DNA of 56,305 nt from an uncultured Muribaculaceae bacterium (GTDB lineage Bacteria > Bacillota_I > Bacilli_A > RF39 > UBA660). A program made the position numbers and the translations under genes. The notes under the pieces were generated by a model. It saw only the letters and a program-made list of their open reading frames with translations, was not told the origin of the DNA and made no database searches. The stretch covers positions 1 to 56,305 of the forward strand of contig CAYRLX010000006.1 of the NCBI GenBank assembly GCA_964425325.1, read 5' to 3'. Positions 8,056 to 16,153 of the stretch are shown one piece after another (within the stretch, counting starts at the first letter, position 1; each line of letters begins with the position of its first letter).

Positions 8056-9839
8056 TGGATATTAAAACACAGATTGCTCCTAAGGGGCTTGAATTTAAAC
8101 CGGATGGTTTTGTTGCTAGTGATAAATATTCTACTATTTTAACGGCAATAAGTTATCCAAAATATATTACTCCTGGATTTTTATCTAGTTTGACAAGTAT
8201 GCCTGGTGTTAAGATGGTTATTAAACATTTACCTTTGCCTTTTGATGTAATTACTAAAATGATAAATAAAGAAATTGCTGATTTAAAGATTCGTTATCAA
8301 GAAGAGCATGATTTAACTATTCAAGAGAAGATTAGACAAGACTATGAATCTTTGGAAGCTTTTATTAAGCAGCTTGCTGCTAGTCAAGCAAGAATTTGGG
8401 ATTTTCAGATGCATATTATGATTACTGCTGATTCTAAAGAGGATTTAGTTGCTAAGAGAATACAACTTAAGGGTTATTTAGAAGCTATGGAAATAAAAGC
8501 TGTTCCACTTAGATTTGAGCAGGAGAAAATACTTAAATCTATGCTTCCTATTTTCCCTAAGCAAGATATTGAAGATAGGGTAGGTACTCCTATTCCTTCT
8601 CCTACTTTAGCTGCGATGTATCCATATGTATTTGATAGTATTAAAGATCCTGGTTTATCTACTTTACTTGGTGTTGATTTTTCTGGTGGTGTTGTTTTAT
8701 TTAATCAATTTTTATATCAAATACAAAAAGAGCATAATAGAAATAATGCTAATATGATATTACTTGGTACTTCTGGTAGTGGTAAGTCTACAGCTGCTAA
8801 ATTATTAATTAGATCTCATATTAGGAATGATTATAAGATAGTTATAATTGATCCTGAAGGTGAGTTTGAAGATATGACTAGGCTTTATGGTGGAGATTTT
8901 ATAGACCTTGGTAAAGGTGGAGAATTTGGTATGATTAATCCACTTGAAGTTATTATGGATGCTGATGAAGATGAGATTAGGCAAGGTATGGGTTATGCTG
9001 TACTTACTAGATCTTTACAAACTGTCAAGGCTTTTATGAAATATTATGATCCTTCTATAACTGAAGATGTTCTTAATATTTTTAGCGAAATTGTACAGGA
9101 AACATATAAGAGATTTGGCATTGATTTTAATACTGATTTTACTAAGTTTACTTCTAAGGATTTTCCTACTTTCAGAGATGTTTATGCGACTGTAAGAGGT
9201 AAAATTACTGCTATGCCTGAACAGAATAGGGAAAGAGAAATTTTAGAAGCTTTAGAACTTAAATTAAGACCACTTATAAATGAACTTAGATATTATTTTG
9301 ATGGAAAGACTACAATATCTCCTAAGAGTAATTTTATTGTATTTAATATTAGAGAGCTTATGAATGCTGATACTAATATTAGAAATGCTTTATTCTTTAA
9401 TGTACTTAAGTATGCTTGGAGTTTAACACTAGATGTTAATATAAATACTATTTTAACTGTTGATGAGGCGCATGTACTTTTATCTGGTAACAATACTTTA
9501 GGTGCTGATTTCTTAGCTCAAGTTCAAAGAAGAGCACGTAAATATAATACTGGAACTATAATTATTACTCAGCAGCCTACTGATTTTAGTGACCCTTCTG
9601 TTATTACACAGGGTAAGGCTATATTTGATAATGCATCATATTATTTGGTTATGGGACTTCGTAAGCAGGCTACTAATGATTTAGCTAAACTTATAGATTT
9701 AAATGATAATGAAATAGAGAGTATTAAAAACTTTACTCAAGGTCAAGCTTTGTTTGTATGTGGAAGTAAAAGAATGACTATTGATGTTGTTGTTACTGAC
9801 CAAGAACTTGAATCATTTGGTAGTGGAGGAGGCCTTTAA
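8055..9839 (+). CDS. virB4: VirB4-family T4SS ATPase
   Basis: NANMILLGTSGSGKS (Walker A), IIDPEGEF, INPLE, TVDEAH (Walker B), RRARKYN, ITQQ. Confidence 0.9.
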   Translation: MDIKTQIAPKGLEFKPDGFVASDKYSTILTAISYPKYITPGFLSSLTSMPGVKMVIKHLPLPFDVITKMINKEIADLKIRYQEEHDLTIQEKIRQDYESLEAFIKQLAASQARIWDFQMHIMITADSKEDLVAKRIQLKGYLEAMEIKAVPLRFEQEKILKSMLPIFPKQDIEDRVGTPIPSPTLAAMYPYVFDSIKDPGLSTLLGVDFSGGVVLFNQFLYQIQKEHNRNNANMILLGTSGSGKSTAAKLLIRSHIRNDYKIVIIDPEGEFEDMTRLYGGDFIDLGKGGEFGMINPLEVIMDADEDEIRQGMGYAVLTRSLQTVKAFMKYYDPSITEDVLNIFSEIVQETYKRFGIDFNTDFTKFTSKDFPTFRDVYATVRGKITAMPEQNREREILEALELKLRPLINELRYYFDGKTTISPKSNFIVFNIRELMNADTNIRNALFFNVLKYAWSLTLDVNINTILTVDEAHVLLSGNNTLGADFLAQVQRRARKYNTGTIIITQQPTDFSDPSVITQGKAIFDNASYYLVMGLRKQATNDLAKLIDLNDNEIESIKNFTQGQALFVCGSKRMTIDVVVTDQELESFGSGGGL

Positions 9840-9844
9840 GATTT

Positions 9845-10525
9845 ATGAAATTTTTAAAGCTTGCCTCTTCTTTTCTTAATAACTTAAAGTCTTCTAATTC
9901 TGACGGACAAAGTTTAATTAGTAGTATAGGTGGAATGCTTTCAAAAATAAGTTTAGTTCATGTAGGATTAACTGTTGCTCCTATAATTGCTATTGTTATT
10001 GCTTTTTTAACTATTTTTTCTCTTTTTAATTACAAAGTTAATTTGATGCAGATGGTTGATACTAAAACAAATAAAACTGGTAGTAGTTCATCTCCAACTG
10101 GAACTCATCAGGCTATCGTAGATGCTGCTATGCAGTATTTGGGTGAGCCATATTGTGATACTGGATCAGTTGCTGATCCTGGAGGTTGTGGTTTTAATTG
10201 TTCTGGACTTGCATGGTGGGCTTATGAGAAAGCTGGTTTTACTATTCCACATGCTCAAGGATATTATTCTTATTATACAGGTTATACAAATGGAGAAAAT
10301 TCACAGATGTGGTGGGTTGAAAGTAAGGGACATTGGAAAAATAGTACTAGTGAATGTAGCCCTGGTGATTTAGTTTTTTATTCTCCAGTTCATGATAAAT
10401 ATCAAACAGGACACGTTGCTATTTATATGGGTAATGACCAAATTGTTGAATCTAACTATGGCGGTGTTCAAGTAAGTGATGCAACTACTGAAAATTTTGT
10501 TGGATGTGGATGGCCACTTGATTAG
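9845..10525 (+). CDS. Membrane-anchored NlpC/P60 (C40) cell-wall peptidase
   Basis: N-terminal TM; AMQYLGEPY, GFNCSGL, PGDLVF, GHVAIYMG. Confidence 0.85.
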   Translation: MKFLKLASSFLNNLKSSNSDGQSLISSIGGMLSKISLVHVGLTVAPIIAIVIAFLTIFSLFNYKVNLMQMVDTKTNKTGSSSSPTGTHQAIVDAAMQYLGEPYCDTGSVADPGGCGFNCSGLAWWAYEKAGFTIPHAQGYYSYYTGYTNGENSQMWWVESKGHWKNSTSECSPGDLVFYSPVHDKYQTGHVAIYMGNDQIVESNYGGVQVSDATTENFVGCGWPLD

Positions 10526-10534
10526 GGTGATTAG

Positions 10535-11272
10535 ATGAAAAAAATTGTTTTTTTACTTTTTTCTATTTTATTTATTACTGGCTGTGAAGTTACTTATGAT
10601 ATTAATTTAAATAAAAGTGATTTTAATGAAGATTTATCTATTATGGAAACTGATTTGTCTAAGTTTTCTTCTTATAATATTGGTGCTGATTTTGAATATT
10701 ATGATAAGATGCCAATTCCTAAGTCTATTGATTATGCTGATCTTTCATATAATGAACTTAAAAAATTAGATAAAGAATTATTATATGAAAAAATAAATAG
10801 TTTAAATAACGATGGTATTTCTTTTGCTTTTTCTGGCAAAAGCGATGGTAAACTTTCATTTGAAAAGTCTAATTTAATTAATATATTTGGTACTATTAAT
10901 AGTGTTCATGGTGATGGAAAAGTTGAAGTTAGTTATATATTAAAACCAGAGGCTTTTAACAATTATAATATGGTGGATAATGTTGTTATTAATATCAGGG
11001 ATAACGATAACAGTATTTTAAGAAATAATGCTGATAAGCGTGACGGTGATGTCTATACTTGGGTTATTTCTAAAGATGAATTTGGAGAGAAGACAATTAA
11101 TTTTGTTTTAAGTTATAAGGAAAACACTATTAAAAAGAGTGTAAAAGAGTATAAGAAAAACTTGGATAATCCTATGGGAAGATTTTCTATAGCTTTAATA
11201 GTGATTACATTTATATTTCTTATTGTTTATATATTTGTTAATATGAGATTTAAATCTTGTAATAAATTATAA
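10535..11272 (+). CDS. Lipoprotein with C-terminal TM anchor (LppM/DUF3153-like)
   Basis: Lipobox FITG-C; NNAD...G.VYTW motif; C-terminal TM; paralog of 14600-15298. Confidence 0.65.
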   Translation: MKKIVFLLFSILFITGCEVTYDINLNKSDFNEDLSIMETDLSKFSSYNIGADFEYYDKMPIPKSIDYADLSYNELKKLDKELLYEKINSLNNDGISFAFSGKSDGKLSFEKSNLINIFGTINSVHGDGKVEVSYILKPEAFNNYNMVDNVVINIRDNDNSILRNNADKRDGDVYTWVISKDEFGEKTINFVLSYKENTIKKSVKEYKKNLDNPMGRFSIALIVITFIFLIVYIFVNMRFKSCNKL

Positions 11273-11294
11273 AAGACCGTTTTAGACGGTCTTT
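11272..11294. terminator. Bidirectional terminator hairpin between convergent genes
   Basis: AAAGACCGT-tttag-ACGGTCTTT. Confidence 0.7.
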
Positions 11295-11800
11295 GTTTTT
11301 ACATAATTAGGATTTATTTTTGCTTTTTTAAATATATCTTTTATTTCTGTTTTAAATTCTTCTGTATATTTTTTGAGTAAGTCACATCTTGCTGTATAAC
11401 CTTTATTTGAAATAATTTGGCAATCAAATTCATCATTTTTTAATGTAGATTTTAAATATGATACTCCATTTATTCCATAGTTGTTTTTTCCGTGCATTTC
11501 TAATGTTCCCGTTATACTTTTATCTTCGTTATAGCTTATTGCTACATTGGAATTGTCTTTGTCATTTAATTTTGTAATTTTTGTTAATATATGTTTTTCC
11601 TTTAGTGGTATATAATATATTTTTTCATTACTATCTGTTTCATAATTACTATTAATATAGTTTTTAAATTCTTTTGTTGTTTTTTTTATGAGATTTTTTT
11701 TGTAATAGTTATAGCCTATTATTCCTATTATTGTAAGTACAATAATAATAACAATTATTCTAATTATCGTTACAATGTTTTTTTCTTTTATATCTTCCAT
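11282..11800 (-). CDS. Hypothetical single-TM protein
   Basis: 172 aa ORF, N-terminal TM, RBS AAAGGA; opposite strand to the rest of the locus. Confidence 0.7.
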   Translation of the reverse strand: MEDIKEKNIVTIIRIIVIIIVLTIIGIIGYNYYKKNLIKKTTKEFKNYINSNYETDSNEKIYYIPLKEKHILTKITKLNDKDNSNVAISYNEDKSITGTLEMHGKNNYGINGVSYLKSTLKNDEFDCQIISNKGYTARCDLLKKYTEEFKTEIKDIFKKAKINPNYVKTKTV

Positions 11801-11859
11801 TTTAATAAATCCTTTCTATTTTGATTATATCAATTAAAAAAGTTTAATTCAATAACTAA

Positions 11860-11888
11860 TTTACTTATTTTTTATTAAATGTTATAAT
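11860..11888 (+). promoter_or_regulatory. sigmaA-type promoter TTTACT-17-TATAAT with extended -10
   Basis: Read directly upstream of 11916. Confidence 0.6.
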
Positions 11889-11915
11889 TATAGTAATTGT
11901 ATAAGGGTGAGTTGA

Positions 11916-14594
11916 ATGAAAAAAAATAAATTTTTTTCTATTATTATTTGTTTTTTATTTATTAGTTTAGTTTTACTTTCTTCTTTGTCACCAAAAAGAG
12001 CTTATGCTGTGGAAAAAGAAGATGATAAAGATAAAGTTTACTGTCCTTTATGTATTCATAGAGATGATGATGATCCATTATATAAAAAGGAGAGGCAATT
12101 TTATCAAAAAATTCATATAATTAAATCAGTTTTTAGAAATAGTATAGATGAGGTTGCTTTAGCGGCTTCAGTATTACACAGGTATAGTGGACCTGATGTA
12201 GCTTATGAAAAAGAATATGATGAAGATTTTGATGAGAATAATTATAAGAATACATGGACTAATATTTTGAATATTAGATCAGCTTCAGAAGGTATAGGTT
12301 TAACTCCTGAAGAAGATGCAAGAGTAAAAGCTAATGATAAGATTGCTTTACTTACAACTGCTGCAATAGTTATGATTGATTCAAATCATGGTAGATCATA
12401 TAGTGATGTTTGTTTTAAAGATGCTTTAGCTGGTGATAAGTTAGTTAATAATGATGGTAATAGTGGTATTTTAGGTGAGTTTGTAAATGCTATGGTTTGC
12501 GGAAATGCTCAAGTTTCAAACTTGGTTAATCCGCTTGAATATATAAGTAATTTTTTTGATGGTGATAATATAATTGTTGCCAAAGAATCTGCTAAGAATA
12601 GATTTGTTAACACTGAAAAAGTTTGTAAAGATGGTTTTGTTGGTGGTTTATATAGCGGTGTTAGTAAAATTAAAGATGAAGATAGAAAAAAAGCTGTTAA
12701 ACAGATGTATGCTCAGCAGATTATTGATTTGGCTAATTATTATAAAAGATTATATGGTTCTGGTGTTGAAGAGTATGGCAGCAGTTGTTCTGCTAATATT
12801 GCAGGAACTACTGGTGCTTTTGCTAGTTGGAGACAGACGGATCCTAAGTGGAAAGATATTAGCTTGGGTGGCTCTTCTAGTGTAGGTAGGGCTGGATGTT
12901 TAGTTACTTCTATCTCTATGCAAATAGCTAGGTCTGGGACTAAAATAGGGTCTTTACCGAGTGGTTATTCTGAATTTAATCCTGGAGCTTTTGTAACTAG
13001 TTTAAATGAACATGATGGTTTTGCTGGTGGAGGTAATTATGCTTGGACGGGATTTCAAACAATCGCACCTAACTGGGGTGTAGGTGATTTTGTTAGTTTA
13101 GGTGTAAGCTCTAATGATAAGCTTGCTGAAGCTGTGTCAAGAGAATTATCTAGTGGTTTTGGATCAGAACAATATCAAAAGTTTTTAGTTTTACAAATTC
13201 ATCATGTTACTAGTAGTCAACACTGGGTTGCTGTTAACGGTGTTGAAAATGGGGTAGTTACTATATTTGACCCTGCTAGGGATGGAACTACTTTAGATGC
13301 TAATTATGAGAACTGGGTTGTTGATGGTTATAGAGTTATGTATGCTAAAGATGTTCCTAATGGACAAGTTGGCAGCACTAATAATAACGAGTGTTCTGGT
13401 GATGCTGGTTCTGGTGAGATACAGATTCCTTCAGAATATGGTAATGGTGGATATACTGTTACTGAAATAGATAGAATTAGTTGGGATAAAACTGCTGATT
13501 TATATCCAATTTATGAAAGATGGTTGGCTGCTGGTGGACAATATGACGATGGTATTGCTGTTTTAGATGGAAGATATTTAATTGCTTGTACTTCTACATT
13601 TGGTACTACTGGTGATAATGTTGATTTTTATCTTGAAAATGGTACTGTAATTCATACAATAGTTTTTGATGAGAAAAGTCAGACAGTTGAGCCTTGGGAT
13701 GATGATCCAGCTAATAAATGGGGACATGATGATGGTGCTAATATAATTGAGTTTCAAGTTTCAAGTAATGCATTTAGAAATCAATATGGTGGTTATAACC
13801 CTGGTAATAATGGTTGGCATATGGAATGGGCTGGAAGTAGAGTTGCAAGTGCAACAAACTTAGGTAAAGGAGCTGCTCCAGTAGATAATGGCGGAACAAC
13901 TAGTTCTAAAGGAGCTTACTGTAAAAACGGCGTAGCTTATGGTTTGAGATCAACTGGTAAAAATGATGATATTGCTAAAATGGCTGTTGCTTTAGCTGCT
14001 ACGGCTTCGCCAGATAGTCAGCTTCATGCTCCTGGTCATGCGGGAACTAGACTTGATGATCCTAGATTACAAGATTTTTATGATGTAATGGATGAGACAA
14101 TTAGAAAGTATCCTTTTGACGATCCTAATAATCCTACTACTCATAACAATCACGCTCTTGCTTCTTGTGTTCAAGCTGCAGCTGGTGTTATTAGAGCTAC
14201 GGTTGATCCTGATATAGATTCTAGTGCTCCATATGGCTTTGAAAAATATTTAACTGAAAATACTGAAAAATGGGTTTTAGTTGAGGAATTAAATCCTACA
14301 GATATTTTGGATGAACATTGTCAGCCTGGAGATGTGCTTGTGGCTGCAAATATGAATTGTGAATTTTGTGCTGGTCATGCAGCAATTTATGTTGGAAATA
14401 AGCTTACTCAGGTAAAATTTCCGGGCAGTAATGGTAATGTGTATGAAGCAAATTATAGTACTGCTGGTTATCCTTACATAAATTATTATAATACTTCTGG
14501 TTATAAGTTTAAGGTTTTTAGACCTACTGGAAAAGGAACATTTATTTATCCATTTATTGATATTACTAAATATTTGGATAAATATAATTGGTGA
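11916..14594 (+). CDS. Large secreted multi-domain cell-wall hydrolase/peptidase (C39-like, 3D-like and NlpC/P60/CHAP-like domains)
   Basis: Signal peptide (AYA); WRQTD..GCLVTS..QHWV..DP; GRYLIACTSTFG..GD..DF..DEK; ASC..PGDVLV..GHAAIYVG..YEAN. Confidence 0.7.
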   Translation: MKKNKFFSIIICFLFISLVLLSSLSPKRAYAVEKEDDKDKVYCPLCIHRDDDDPLYKKERQFYQKIHIIKSVFRNSIDEVALAASVLHRYSGPDVAYEKEYDEDFDENNYKNTWTNILNIRSASEGIGLTPEEDARVKANDKIALLTTAAIVMIDSNHGRSYSDVCFKDALAGDKLVNNDGNSGILGEFVNAMVCGNAQVSNLVNPLEYISNFFDGDNIIVAKESAKNRFVNTEKVCKDGFVGGLYSGVSKIKDEDRKKAVKQMYAQQIIDLANYYKRLYGSGVEEYGSSCSANIAGTTGAFASWRQTDPKWKDISLGGSSSVGRAGCLVTSISMQIARSGTKIGSLPSGYSEFNPGAFVTSLNEHDGFAGGGNYAWTGFQTIAPNWGVGDFVSLGVSSNDKLAEAVSRELSSGFGSEQYQKFLVLQIHHVTSSQHWVAVNGVENGVVTIFDPARDGTTLDANYENWVVDGYRVMYAKDVPNGQVGSTNNNECSGDAGSGEIQIPSEYGNGGYTVTEIDRISWDKTADLYPIYERWLAAGGQYDDGIAVLDGRYLIACTSTFGTTGDNVDFYLENGTVIHTIVFDEKSQTVEPWDDDPANKWGHDDGANIIEFQVSSNAFRNQYGGYNPGNNGWHMEWAGSRVASATNLGKGAAPVDNGGTTSSKGAYCKNGVAYGLRSTGKNDDIAKMAVALAATASPDSQLHAPGHAGTRLDDPRLQDFYDVMDETIRKYPFDDPNNPTTHNNHALASCVQAAAGVIRATVDPDIDSSAPYGFEKYLTENTEKWVLVEELNPTDILDEHCQPGDVLVAANMNCEFCAGHAAIYVGNKLTQVKFPGSNGNVYEANYSTAGYPYINYYNTSGYKFKVFRPTGKGTFIYPFIDITKYLDKYNW

Positions 14595-14599
14595 TTAAT

Positions 14600-15298
14600 A
14601 TGAAAAAAATATTTTTATTGTTATGTATTTTGTTTTTAACTGGTTGTGATGTAGTTTATAATATTAATATAGGTGATAATGAGATAATTGAATCTACTGA
14701 TTTTTATGCATATGAAAGTGACAATGTAGAGGTTAATGTTAATCCTGATGGAACTGTTGATAGGTTCGCGCCTAGTTTAGATGTTTTAGTAGATAGTTAT
14801 TTAGATGCTGAATATAATGCATTTTACCATAATTCTATTAATAAGAATTTATATACTATTAAAAAGTTTGAAGATGAGTTTGGAATGAATTTAAAATATA
14901 AGTTTAATTATAAAAATTATTCTGACTCTTCTTTAGTTAATAGTTGTTTTAAAGAAGTTTCTGTTTCTGAAAAAGGAAATAATTTAACTATCGATTTAAA
15001 AGATGCTTCTATTTGTTTTTCTAAAGATTCTTATAAAAGGTTAGGTTCTGTTAAGATTAATATAAATACTAAGTTAAAGGTTACTGATAATAATGCGGAT
15101 AGTATTAATGGAAATATATATACTTGGGATATTGATGAGGATAATGCGGAAAGTAAAGAAGTATTAATTAAATTAAAAAAGAATATTAAATATAATAATT
15201 ATATTATTTATTTAGTTGTTTTTGGAATTTTTGTTTTTGCAATTATTTTATTTATTGGTTTTATAAAGAAAAGAAATGAAGTAAATAATCAAATATAG
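14600..15298 (+). CDS. Lipoprotein with C-terminal TM anchor (LppM/DUF3153-like), paralog of 10535-11272
   Basis: MKKIFLLLCILFLTG-C lipobox; NNADSINGNIYTW; C-terminal TM (ORF track starts at TTG 14588). Confidence 0.65.
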   Translation: MKKIFLLLCILFLTGCDVVYNINIGDNEIIESTDFYAYESDNVEVNVNPDGTVDRFAPSLDVLVDSYLDAEYNAFYHNSINKNLYTIKKFEDEFGMNLKYKFNYKNYSDSSLVNSCFKEVSVSEKGNNLTIDLKDASICFSKDSYKRLGSVKININTKLKVTDNNADSINGNIYTWDIDEDNAESKEVLIKLKKNIKYNNYIIYLVVFGIFVFAIILFIGFIKKRNEVNNQI

Positions 15299-15313
15299 AA
15301 TGGAGGAATTTAT

Positions 15314-16039
15314 ATGAATAAGGGGTTATTTAATGAGTCTGGTTATAGAAAGTATTTTATAATTTTTGGAGTTTTAATTATATTTATTATTTTTCTTATT
15401 TATTTATTTGTTAGTAATATTTCCAAAGGTTATATTATTATCAATGAGTCTTGTATTTTGGAGAAAAAAGGCTCTAAATATGTTCAACTTAATAAATTAA
15501 ATAACGATGTTTTGAAGGATAAATATAATGTATATAATGAGTCAGATTTGACAAAAAATGTAACTATAAAATACGAAGGTAATAGTTGGTATTATTTTAA
15601 CGATGATTATTCTGATTTAAATTATAATAAAGTTTCTTTAGCTTATTCTAATAGTATTAAAAATGTAAAACAGGCTAAATACAATGTTGCTTACTATGAT
15701 GATTCTGATGATAGGTATTTAAAAGATTTTGATGAAAGTGTTAGAGAAAATATTATAAAAAGTAGTTATGATTTAGATGGTGATGGTAAATTAGAAACTA
15801 TTTATACTGTTATTAATGGAAATAAATCTGCTATATTTCTTGTAAGAGATAATTCTTTTGTCAATTATTTAGATGATTCAGGTAAAGTTTATTATGTTCA
15901 AAATATTGTAGATTTAGATGATGATGGTAAGTATGAGGTAGTTGTCAGTAAAGGTACTGAAGATGTAGCTACTTTTGATACGTGTTTTCAAATTTATTCT
16001 ATAGTAGGTAATAATATTAAAAAAATAAAGGACTGTTAG
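15314..16039 (+). CDS. Membrane-anchored protein with FG-GAP/DxDxDG calcium-binding-type motifs
   Basis: N-terminal TM; DLDGDGKLE and DLDDDGKYE. Confidence 0.6.
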   Translation: MNKGLFNESGYRKYFIIFGVLIIFIIFLIYLFVSNISKGYIIINESCILEKKGSKYVQLNKLNNDVLKDKYNVYNESDLTKNVTIKYEGNSWYYFNDDYSDLNYNKVSLAYSNSIKNVKQAKYNVAYYDDSDDRYLKDFDESVRENIIKSSYDLDGDGKLETIYTVINGNKSAIFLVRDNSFVNYLDDSGKVYYVQNIVDLDDDGKYEVVVSKGTEDVATFDTCFQIYSIVGNNIKKIKDC

Positions 16040-16045
16040 ATGATT

Positions 16046-16087
16046 ATGAATTATAAGGTTTTAATAAATTTTATAATTCATTTTTTT
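16046..16087 (+). terminator. Intrinsic terminator
   Basis: ATGAATTATAA...TTATAATTCAT plus T run. Confidence 0.55.
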
Positions 16088-16089
16088 CA

Positions 16090-16118
16090 TTTACTTATTG
16101 GTGTTTAGATGCTATAAT
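16090..16118 (+). promoter_or_regulatory. sigmaA-type promoter TTTACT-17-TATAAT with extended -10, for virD4
   Basis: Read directly upstream of RBS AAGGAGG and ATG 16154. Confidence 0.6.
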
Positions 16119-16153
16119 ATAGTTGAATTTTTTGAGGATTAAGGAGGCTTTTT

